This document shows positions 8,158 through 15,040 of a DNA stretch of 32,000 nt, in pieces (the stretch's first letter is position 1; the number at the start of each line of letters is the position of its first letter). Both the position numbers and the translations under genes were made by a program. The notes below the pieces were generated by a model. That model did no database searches, was not told the origin of the DNA, and saw nothing but the letters and a program-made list of their open reading frames with translations. The DNA lies in NCBI RefSeq assembly GCF_008065095.1, contig NZ_CP042911.1, positions 3,390,001 through 3,422,000 of the forward strand. Reading direction: 5' to 3'. The DNA comes from Gemmata obscuriglobus. GTDB lineage: Bacteria > Planctomycetota > Planctomycetia > Gemmatales > Gemmataceae.

Positions 8158-8583
8158 ATGGGTGGGAGCGAAGCGGTGACGTACTGGCTCGTCCGCGGCG
8201 GTGTGGCGGCGGCCGGGTTGGTTGCCATCCTGGGCACCGTGTCCAGCCATTTCTTCATGCCCGAGCTGTACTACGACCACCTGCCCGAGCCGCCCCCGCT
8301 GCGGGCGCAATTGCCGTCGATCGCCGCCGGGTTCGGGGTCGGGACGTTGCTGCTCGTGCCCCACCGGGTTACCATGCGCGGATGGCTGTTCTGGCCCCGA
8401 CTGGCGGTGTCGGCGGCGGTCGGCCTGTTCCTGGTGGGGGCCGGGCTGTCGGCTATCGCCGCCGGTGCGCGGGGCGGCCGTGACCCGGCCATCTTCCCGG
8501 CTGGTGTAGGTTTGCTACTCACCGGGGTGAGCGTGCCCGGCTCCTTGTGGTGGCACAGGCGCCGAACCCGACGCTGCGCCTGA
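8158..8583 (+). CDS. cassette ORF 3: membrane protein (141 aa, about 4 TM segments)
   Basis: ATG 28 nt after R3. Hydrophobic stretches VAAAGLVAILGTV, IAAGFGVGTLLLV, LAVSAAVGLFLVGAGLSAIAA and VGLLLTGVSV. The stop lies inside R4. Confidence 0.6.
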   Translation: MGGSEAVTYWLVRGGVAAAGLVAILGTVSSHFFMPELYYDHLPEPPPLRAQLPSIAAGFGVGTLLLVPHRVTMRGWLFWPRLAVSAAVGLFLVGAGLSAIAAGARGGRDPAIFPAGVGLLLTGVSVPGSLWWHRRRTRRCA

Positions 8584-8651
8584 CACCGCCCGCTGATTTG
8601 TGACGCATCGCTGACGGTATGATGGCGCTGCAGGTGAGCTGTTCGTTCAAC
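8561..8651 (+). repeat. attC-like site R4
   Basis: 91 bp, GCCGAAC...GCTGCAGGTGAGCTGTTC GTTCAAC (3' box variant). Confidence 0.65.
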
Positions 8652-8666
8652 CCCAGAGGGGATCGA

Positions 8667-9023
8667 GTGAGGAAGCGCGGACGAATCGGGGTGACGTTCT
8701 TGATCCTGACCGTGGTGCTGGTGGCCGGATTGGCCGTCGCGGGTCGCCAGCCCGAGCCTCCACCGCTCCTCACGCTCGATGATGCCGTCGGGTTCGAAGT
8801 CGCGGGTGGGTGGCGGGTGGTGCAGTCACCGGACCTGCCCGGTCCGTATCGGCGGGGCGGGTTGCCGCACCAGGCAGCCAAGGGCCAAGGTGGCGGCGCG
8901 CGGTGGCGCAACCGAATGGGAGAGGCGAGCCATCAGTTCGTGCCGCAGCAGGGTGCCGAACAACTCGCCGTTCCTTTGGAGACAGTTGACGGGCGGCTCA
9001 CCGTCGCGGTTCTCGCCCGCTAG
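8667..9023 (+). CDS. cassette ORF 4: N-terminally anchored or secreted small protein (118 aa)
   Basis: GTG at 8667, 15 nt after R4, with GAGGGG upstream. VRKRGRIGVTFLILTVVLVAGLAVAG forms a signal-anchor. In frame within track ORF 8619..9023. Confidence 0.5.
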   Translation: MRKRGRIGVTFLILTVVLVAGLAVAGRQPEPPPLLTLDDAVGFEVAGGWRVVQSPDLPGPYRRGGLPHQAAKGQGGGARWRNRMGEASHQFVPQQGAEQLAVPLETVDGRLTVAVLAR

Positions 9024-9030
9024 CGCAGAC

Positions 9031-9121
9031 GCCGAACCCGGCGGGGCACCTGACGCCGCCGGCTAATTTGGAACGCGCCGCTCATCCGGTGGTGGCAGCA
9101 CAGGTGAGCTGTAAGTTCGGC
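9031..9121 (+). repeat. attC-like site R5
   Basis: 91 bp, GCCGAAC CCGGCGGGGCACCTGAC...GCACAGGTGAGCTGTAA GTTCGGC. Confidence 0.7.
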
Positions 9122-9138
9122 CCCAGAGGCGGTCGTCA

Positions 9139-9549
9139 ATGTCCTACGACTTGGTTTTCTGGCGGCAGACGGTCGCGCGTACCGCCTCGCCGGTCGATAC
9201 GTACCGCTGCCTCTGCCGCAGCGAGTCGGTGGATGACATCGGCGAACTCACCGCGGCGGAGATCCACGCCGCGTTCGCGGCCGAGTTTCCGGACTTAATC
9301 GCCGAGCCAAACGAGTTGCTCGGCCCGATGTTCTCGGTGATGCTCTACGCCCGCCCGGTCCGAGCGGTGTTCGCGATCTGCTCGCGGAAGGTGCTGGAGC
9401 GGCCAGAGGTCGTCGAGCGGATCATCCGGGTTGGCCGGGACAGCCTGGGGTGTTGTTACTTCAACCCGCAGTCGGGCGAGTTCTCGGTACCACTCGAGGC
9501 CACACTTGGTCGGCTGAGCCCAGACGCCGAACCCGACACCGACGGCTGA
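9139..9549 (+). CDS. cassette ORF 5: hypothetical soluble protein (136 aa)
   Basis: ATG 17 nt after R5 with GAGG upstream; starts MSYDLVFWRQ. The C-terminal PDAEPDTDG* is encoded by R6. Confidence 0.6.
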   Translation: MSYDLVFWRQTVARTASPVDTYRCLCRSESVDDIGELTAAEIHAAFAAEFPDLIAEPNELLGPMFSVMLYARPVRAVFAICSRKVLERPEVVERIIRVGRDSLGCCYFNPQSGEFSVPLEATLGRLSPDAEPDTDG

Positions 9550-9603
9550 TTCGGTCGCTTCGCTCATCCGGTGATGGCGGTGCAGCTCAGCTTATCGTTT
9601 GGC
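9526..9603 (+). repeat. attC-like site R6 (short variant)
   Basis: 78 bp, GCCGAAC...CGCTCATCCGGTGATGGCGGTGCAGCTCAGCTTATC GTTTGGC. The 5' inner arm is shortened. Confidence 0.6.
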
Positions 9604-9620
9604 CACAGAGGGCGCCTCAA

Positions 9621-10100
9621 ATGGCGGAAGCACCGCCGGAACTGCGAGCGGAGTTCGACTCGCTGTTCGTCGCGCCGTTCGCGACGCGCCGCTGGGCATC
9701 AGCGCGAGGCCGGTCACACTGGGTCGAGTTGGAGGGCTGGCAGGACGCGATGGCCGGCCCGCTGTCGGCCATCGCGGAGGCTGGGAGTTGCGAGTACGTC
9801 TATTTCCGTGACGACTGGTACTTTGCAACCGTCAACGACCCGGCGACCCTGCGGGCACGGCTGCTCGAATGGCACGCGGGACTAGCGGCCGGCGTCGAAC
9901 GGTTCGCACCGGCCACACCCGAAGAGGCCGCCGATCAGGAATTCATGCGGGCGGTGGTCGGCCGGATGCGGGAACTGGTCCAGCGGGCGTGTGCGCTGGA
10001 GGAAGTCCGCTGTCACGCCAAACCCGGCGCCGCACCTGAGACCACTGGCTGCTTTGTGACGCGCCGCTCATCCGATGATGGCGGCGCAGGTGAGCTGTAG
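9621..10100 (+). CDS. cassette ORF 6: hypothetical soluble protein (159 aa)
   Basis: ATG 17 nt after R6 with GAGGG upstream; starts MAEAPPELRAEFDSLF. In frame within track ORF 9450..10100. The ORF reads through almost all of R7 before stopping. Confidence 0.55.
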   Translation: MAEAPPELRAEFDSLFVAPFATRRWASARGRSHWVELEGWQDAMAGPLSAIAEAGSCEYVYFRDDWYFATVNDPATLRARLLEWHAGLAAGVERFAPATPEEAADQEFMRAVVGRMRELVQRACALEEVRCHAKPGAAPETTGCFVTRRSSDDGGAGEL

Positions 10101-10107
10101 GTTAGGT
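10017..10107 (+). repeat. attC-like site R7
   Basis: 91 bp, GCCAAAC...GGCGGCGCAGGTGAGCTGTAG GTTAGGT. The 3' box fits the canonical GTTRRRY consensus. Confidence 0.7.
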
Positions 10108-10125
10108 AACCCGAGGGCTTCGGCG

Positions 10126-10557
10126 GTGGACGAGTTGCCGGACCACCTGCGGCGGTACCCGACCTGCGCCGGGCGTGACGCTCTGGCGGCCCGACTCGGC
10201 CTGACCATGGACCCGTTCTCGCAGGATTGGGAGTGGGAGGTCGCCGACCCGGCTCGCTTCGACGGTTGGCTGGCTGTATACCGCGACGAGCCGCTGTCCG
10301 ACGATGAGCGCTTCTCGCTGGCGGAGATGCTGATCCAGTGCGTCGATGACATGGTGCCGAGTTATGGTCCGCCGGCAGAGGTGGAGGAGTTGGCCCAGTG
10401 GCAGGCGGTCGCCGCGCTGCTCCGCGCGCGGCCGCGGCTGCACGCCAGCCGTATCGCGTACTGGTCGGTGTTCGGGCACGACGAGCCGGAGGAGCAGTTC
10501 CGGGTGTCTGTCCCGATGCGGCGGGTATGGGCGGCGGTGCAGCCGGCGCTGGGGTAG
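10126..10557 (+). CDS. cassette ORF 7: hypothetical acidic soluble protein (143 aa)
   Basis: GTG 18 nt after R7 with GAGGG upstream; starts VDELPDHLRRYP and contains DPFSQDWEWEVADPARFDGWL. In frame within track ORF 10075..10557. Confidence 0.55.
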   Translation: MDELPDHLRRYPTCAGRDALAARLGLTMDPFSQDWEWEVADPARFDGWLAVYRDEPLSDDERFSLAEMLIQCVDDMVPSYGPPAEVEELAQWQAVAALLRARPRLHASRIAYWSVFGHDEPEEQFRVSVPMRRVWAAVQPALG

Positions 10558-10566
10558 CAAAGGCAT

Positions 10567-10658
10567 ACCGAACCGGTACTGCACCGGGCACAGCAATGTG
10601 ATCTGGGGCGCACCGCTCGTCCGATGATGGCGGTGCAGGCGAGCTTTGATTGTTCGGC
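10567..10658 (+). repeat. attC-like site R8
   Basis: 92 bp, ACCGAAC...CGCTCGTCCGATGATGGCGGTGCAGGCGAGCTTTGATT GTTCGGC. Confidence 0.65.
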
Positions 10659-10676
10659 AGCGGAAGTGAGGCCGGC

Positions 10677-11087
10677 GTGGAAGCGTTTGAGGTGCGGCTC
10701 AACGGGGACCGAATCTGCCTCGCAGGCGTCGCCGACGGCGTTCTAACCGTCAACGTCCACATTGTCGGTGGGCCCGAGCGTGGGCGCCGCTTCCACCTCA
10801 GTGTCGGCGGGATCGACAGCGCTTCGGACGAGCACCTGAGCTGGCCCGTCCCGGGTATCGGAGTCGGGGCGGAGGTTCTGGTTCGAGTGATCGACACGGA
10901 CGCCGTCGATCCGCCGGAGCAGCGGGGCCGAGTCGAGCAGCGCACACAACTGGAGCAGTTCCGCGAGTGCCTGCGTCTCTTCAGCGAGCGGATGAGCAAC
11001 GACGAGCGGCGGCAACTCCTCCGCGAACTGGTCGCCGAGCTTGAGCGCCCAGACGCCGAACCTGGCGCTGCACCGGACCGCGGTTGA
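10677..11087 (+). CDS. cassette ORF 8: hypothetical soluble protein (136 aa)
   Basis: GTG 18 nt after R8 with GAGG upstream (the track ORF starts at TTG 10650, inside R8). Starts VEAFEVRLNGDRICLAG. The C-terminal PDAEPGAAPDRG* is encoded by R9. Confidence 0.55.
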   Translation: MEAFEVRLNGDRICLAGVADGVLTVNVHIVGGPERGRRFHLSVGGIDSASDEHLSWPVPGIGVGAEVLVRVIDTDAVDPPEQRGRVEQRTQLEQFRECLRLFSERMSNDERRQLLRELVAELERPDAEPGAAPDRG

Positions 11088-11144
11088 ATACGCACTTTGG
11101 TGACCGTGTCGCGATGTGCGAAGCCGCTGAACTGGTTGTTCGGC
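11055..11144 (+). repeat. attC-like site R9
   Basis: 90 bp, GCCGAAC CTGGCGCTGCACCGGACCGC...GTT GTTCGGC. The 3' inner arm is diverged. Confidence 0.6.
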
Positions 11145-11175
11145 GGCAGAGTGCTTCCGGTGGTGGCAAGGTTCG

Positions 11176-11383
11176 ATGGGTGAAGGTCTGCACGCGCTGG
11201 CCTCGACCTACCGCAGTTTGGTCGAAAGGGACTTCCCGACCGCGGGCGTGCATCCCGACACGGTGACGCGAGGGCTGTGGCTGCAGATCCGCGCCGGGGA
11301 GGTAGCCAAGGCGAAAGCACTTTTGAGGCACTACGTTCAGCTCGCACCATGGTGCGCTGCACACGGTTGCCGAACAGACTCTG
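11176..11383 (+). CDS. cassette ORF 9: short hypothetical ORF whose 3' end runs into a truncated attC and an IS remnant
   Basis: ATG 31 nt after R9; starts MGEGLHALASTYRSLVERDF. In the track it is fused artificially to IS66-remnant sequence (11176..11634). Confidence 0.3.
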
Positions 11384-11390
11384 ATGTGCA
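11369..11390 (+). repeat. truncated attC-like site (R10, 5' box only)
   Basis: GCCGAAC at 11369-11375, followed by ...GATGTGCACC (compare GCGCTGCACC in the other sites). Repeat similarity then gives way to transposase-like coding sequence. Confidence 0.3.
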
Positions 11391-11696
11391 CCCGCGGGCG
11401 CCCGACCCACGTGGACGAGACGGGTTGGAAGCAAGGAGCCAAGTGTGCGTGGCGGTGACCACGTCGGCGGTGGCGTTACTGATCCGCAAGATGAGGGGCC
11501 GAACCGCCTTCGATGAGCTGCGGGGTGGGCCGATGGCGGATCACGCGGCCAACCGGTACCCGAGGTATGCGCATCTGCCCGAGTACACACGCCAGTTGTG
11601 CGGGGCGACCAGTGGCGCGACTTTCAAGCGATGATCGACCGAGCCCACGGGCGCTCGGGGATTGGGGCCGATCTGCTGGAGTGTTCTGACATCCTG
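11384..11696 (+). pseudogene. IS66-family transposase remnant (internal fragment, at least 2 frameshifts)
   Basis: Three frames together give CTRGRPTHVDETGWKQGAKCAW / VAVTTSAVALLIRKMRGRTAFDELRGG...RYPRYAHLPEYTRQLC / RDFQAMIDRAHGRSGIGADLLECSD. This is collinear with roughly residues 245-355 of the intact transposase at 5469..6992 (YTRGHPANVDETGW...WVAVSTSVVAFLIRATRGRSAFDDL...RDFQAMIDRGNDGSPIGAALLACSD). I saw no IS termini. Confidence 0.75.
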
Positions 11697-11939
11697 CGTC
11701 GAGGACGAGGCAGCGGGCGGGGCGCGGGTCGTGCGCCGAGTTCGCCTTTCGGTCCGCGAACCCGCCGTTTAGGGACTCCGGGAGCTTTCCCGGCGTCACG
11801 TCTGTCGGGTACGCCCCGGTGCGAAGTTCCCACGAAGCCGCCCGCGCTTCGGAGATGAGGGGTACGAGAGCGAATGCGCGCGAGCAGGTGGCGCGAGGCA
11901 ACCCTCAAGGTGGAGGCACGTGACACGAGTGCCCGGAAA

Positions 11940-14900
11940 TCACTTCAGTGTGCCCAGGTAGGCCAGTAGGTCGGCGATTTCGGTGTCCGCGAGTTTGTCC
12001 AGTAACCCGGCGGGCATGAGCGACAACTCGACCGGCTTCTTCGAGGCGATGTCGGCGCCGGCGATGCGGGCGGTGGTGTCGGCCCCGGTTTGCAGAATGA
12101 TGCCGTCGGTCGCCTCATACACCGGCACGCCGATGAAGCTCTTTTCGTCGGTGGTGGTGATGCGAACAGCCCGGTAACGCGGCGGGATGTCCTTGCTGGG
12201 TTGAAGGATCGCGGTGAGAAGGTCGTCGCGACCGAACCGCTTGGTGACCCCGATCAGCGACGGCCCGACCGCGCCGCCGCCGTCGTGGCACGCCGCACAG
12301 GTCGCTTTGGTGAACGCCGTCCGCCCGCGCGCGGCGTCGCCCGTGGTCCAATCGACTCTCGCGAGGCGCTTGCCCCACGCGGCTGCGTCGAACCCGTCGC
12401 CCGCGTCGAGTGCCTTTGCTTCATCGGGGTACGTTTTCACGAACCAGGCCGTCCACGCCTTTTCGTCCGGTCCGAACTTCTGCTTGCTGTACTTCTGGAG
12501 TAGCGTCACGAGCGTGTCCCGGGTGCGGAGATCGGTCTTCGGGTCCGGGAACCGCCGCAGCGCTCGCACCGCGGCGGCGGCAACGAGTGAGGGTTCTGCG
12601 TCGAGCGACTTGGCCAATGCGCTTGCTGACCCGCGGACGATTTCTGCGTCAAGGGATTTGAGACCGACGAGGAATTTGGGGACGTCGCACGGGTCCGGCT
12701 GGCGTGTGGCCACCCGTAACACGGCTTCCTCGAATCCGCCGCGGTCCCACAGGTTTTCGAGCGTCGCACCCGCTTCAACGCGGGGCAGTTCGGCGAGTAG
12801 CGCGACCGCGCGCGGCGTCCATGCGTACTTGGGGTTGTCCTTCGCACGCTCCAGAAACTTCAGTGCGGCGGTCTTCGGTGGGAGTTTCAACGGTCCCACC
12901 AGGGCCGCGTGTTCCGGCTGTCCGAAGTCTTTGTGTTCGAGGACCGCTCGCGGCAGGTCGGGGTATTGTGTTTCCAGTTGCCGCAGCAACTCGTCGAACC
13001 GGAGCGGCCAGTGGCGGTCCAACGTGACGCCCTGCGCTGTGATTTTTCTCTGGAGCCGCAGCAGAATAGTGGCGATTTCGTCGGCGGTGGCCCAGACGGC
13101 ACGCGAGTCCGCACGGGCGAGCGCGACGAGGTAATGGAAGTCGTCCGCTTGGGGAGTGCTGTCGGATATCTCGGGCGCCGCGCCGCGGAGCGAGCGCCGG
13201 TCGAGGGGACCGAGTGCGGTGAGCACGCGGGTCAGTTCGAGTAGCACGACGCGGGGCAGGGCGGGTTCGCGGAGCGCCTGCTTGACGATCGCGACGCCCA
13301 ACAGCGCGGCACGCTCCTTCGGGACCGGCTCGCGGAACGTGTACCCTTCCCACACCGTTCCGGTCGCGTCCTTCGCGGTCAGGTCTCCGTGTGTCAGGTG
13401 AACGATTCGCAGCGCCGCGAGCAGGTCTGCGGGCTCGGCCCGCGGGTTGTTGAGAACCCCGGACGCGACCTTCAGCGCCCAGTTCTGGTCGCGTGGTGCG
13501 ACCACGAGCGCGACCGCGAGTTGCGCCGGGGTTGGCGGCTTTCCGTCCGGAACGTCGCCAACGGGTACCGTCAGCGCGACCGCTGCTCGCGCCGCCGCAG
13601 CGCGGATCAGCGGATCGCGCGAGGCGAGGTTCGGTTTTACCGCGTCGATCAGTTCTTCGCCCCAGGCAAGTTTGTCACGGTGGCGCAGGAGCAACTCCAG
13701 GGCCTCGCGCCGGCGTCGCAGTTCGTCCGGCGATGGGGCGGGCCGGCGCGGGGACGGCTCGGCGTCGCGCAGCCAGAGGTCGGCGCGGTCTTTGGTGTAC
13801 TCGATCGCGCGCCGAGCGATCGGAAGCGGCTTCGGCTCCGGCTCCGCTCCGCCTCGATCGAAGGTGATCCGGTACACGCCGCCGCGGGTGCCGCGCCCGC
13901 CGATGCTGACGAACAGTTCGCCGGTCTTGGGATGAATTGCGAGCGCGGTTGGCGCGAACCCACTCGTGCCCGTCGCTTCTGCAAACACCTCCGGTTTCCC
14001 TTCATACGTCGAACCGGCCGCAGTGAGCGGAACGAAGTGGATGCGGCCAAAAGTCCAGTCGGCGAGGAAGAACCCGCCGCGGTACTTTTCCGGGAACTGT
14101 GTGTGTCGGTAACACGCGACCCCGGTTGGTGATCCACGGCCGAGATCGGCGATCGGCTTCACGACGTCAGGGAAGTGGGGCGGTTTGCGCCACGTTTGCG
14201 AGAGTTGCGGGGAACGCCAGCCGTAGTTCCCGCCGGGGACGATGTGCAGGAACCGGCATCCTTCGTACCACGGCAGCCCCGAGCACCGCTCGTTGTCGGA
14301 GTCGAAGGTGAACGGCTCGCCGTCGGGGTTGAAATCGAACGAGTACGGGTTGCGGAACCCGTCCGCAACGATTTCCACGGTCTTGAAGTCGGGGGAGAGA
14401 CGCAGCACCGCGCCGGCGATCGGTTCGCCGATCGGGGAGCGGACGTCTGTGGCGGTGCCTTTCTTGACGCCGGCGTTGTTCCCACACAGCAGGTAGAGCC
14501 AGCCATCGGGGCTGCGGCGCAGCGCGTGCGCGTCGTGCTCGCCGCCGGTTTTCAGTGCCAGTAGTAACTCGGGGGCTGGAAGCTTGTCTTTTCCGTTGTA
14601 CCCGCGGTAGCGCTTCAAGCCGCCGTCCGAGACGACGAAAAGTGAGTCCCCCTCCGCGAGGAGCCCCATTGGGCCTTCCTTGAGCCCGTCGATGAGATCG
14701 ACGGCGCGGTCCGCAACACCGTCGTTATCGGAATCCACCAGCGCGCGAACGTACCCGCGGGAGGCAATCAGCACGCGGCCCGCGTCGTCGACGGTCATCG
14801 TGTAGGTGTCGGGCGCGAGCGGGTTGTCGGCGTACAGCTTCGCGCTGAAGCCCGGCGGGAGTCGCAAGTCGTTTACGGGGGCCGGTGGCGCGGCGGCGTT

Positions 14901-14984
14901 GGCCGCGAGGAAGAGCAGGGCCGGAACCATCGGTTCACCTCCGGGAGCGGCAACCAGCTTACCGTTCTTTCCGAAATGTTGCAC
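11940..14984 (-). CDS. PVC-type putative membrane-bound dehydrogenase domain protein with HEAT-like repeats and a C-terminal c-type heme domain
   Basis: 1014 aa; the probable true start is M19 at 14930 (MVPALLFLAANAAAPP signal peptide). The N-terminal LPPGFSAKLYADNPLAPD beta-propeller-like domain resembles the Pirellula/Verrucomicrobium dehydrogenase domain. C-terminal CAACH heme motif followed by GPSL. Confidence 0.8.
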   Translation of the reverse strand: MQHFGKNGKLVAAPGGEPMVPALLFLAANAAAPPAPVNDLRLPPGFSAKLYADNPLAPDTYTMTVDDAGRVLIASRGYVRALVDSDNDGVADRAVDLIDGLKEGPMGLLAEGDSLFVVSDGGLKRYRGYNGKDKLPAPELLLALKTGGEHDAHALRRSPDGWLYLLCGNNAGVKKGTATDVRSPIGEPIAGAVLRLSPDFKTVEIVADGFRNPYSFDFNPDGEPFTFDSDNERCSGLPWYEGCRFLHIVPGGNYGWRSPQLSQTWRKPPHFPDVVKPIADLGRGSPTGVACYRHTQFPEKYRGGFFLADWTFGRIHFVPLTAAGSTYEGKPEVFAEATGTSGFAPTALAIHPKTGELFVSIGGRGTRGGVYRITFDRGGAEPEPKPLPIARRAIEYTKDRADLWLRDAEPSPRRPAPSPDELRRRREALELLLRHRDKLAWGEELIDAVKPNLASRDPLIRAAAARAAVALTVPVGDVPDGKPPTPAQLAVALVVAPRDQNWALKVASGVLNNPRAEPADLLAALRIVHLTHGDLTAKDATGTVWEGYTFREPVPKERAALLGVAIVKQALREPALPRVVLLELTRVLTALGPLDRRSLRGAAPEISDSTPQADDFHYLVALARADSRAVWATADEIATILLRLQRKITAQGVTLDRHWPLRFDELLRQLETQYPDLPRAVLEHKDFGQPEHAALVGPLKLPPKTAALKFLERAKDNPKYAWTPRAVALLAELPRVEAGATLENLWDRGGFEEAVLRVATRQPDPCDVPKFLVGLKSLDAEIVRGSASALAKSLDAEPSLVAAAAVRALRRFPDPKTDLRTRDTLVTLLQKYSKQKFGPDEKAWTAWFVKTYPDEAKALDAGDGFDAAAWGKRLARVDWTTGDAARGRTAFTKATCAACHDGGGAVGPSLIGVTKRFGRDDLLTAILQPSKDIPPRYRAVRITTTDEKSFIGVPVYEATDGIILQTGADTTARIAGADIASKKPVELSLMPAGLLDKLADTEIADLLAYLGTLK

Positions 14985-15040
14985 GACGCAACCGCCCGCT
15001 TGCCACTAATACTGGTGACCCCGTTCGCCCGGGAGAAGCT

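Larger units (their letters stand above)
4634..11375 (+). mobile_element. integron-type gene-cassette array with no integrase in the window (CALIN-like)
   Basis: Ten consecutive units, each a GTTCGGC-type box, a small + strand ORF and a 78-93 bp imperfect palindrome. All units share one orientation. Unit lengths are 470-863 bp. See the individual repeats and ORFs below. Confidence 0.7.

Noticed and set aside
5037-11144. The regularly spaced repeats interpreted as a CRISPR array
   Set aside because: The repeats are 78-93 bp and imperfect. The spacers are 380-770 bp and each holds a full ORF with its own Shine-Dalgarno box. No cas genes are present. The terminal inverted boxes fit attC sites, not CRISPR repeats.
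10013-11590. 525-aa ORF on the - strand spanning several cassettes
   Set aside because: It crosses three attC-like repeats and the IS remnant, is extremely Arg/Pro/Ser/Ala-rich, and lies antisense to better-supported + strand ORFs. This is a typical high-GC antisense artefact.
11700-11939. Search for a direct repeat of the tRNA-Val 3' end (an attR-like site) marking a classical tRNA-integrated island
   Set aside because: I saw no match to TTCGAGTCCCTCAACGCCCA or a substantial part of it by eye in this segment. The island boundary appears IS-scarred instead.
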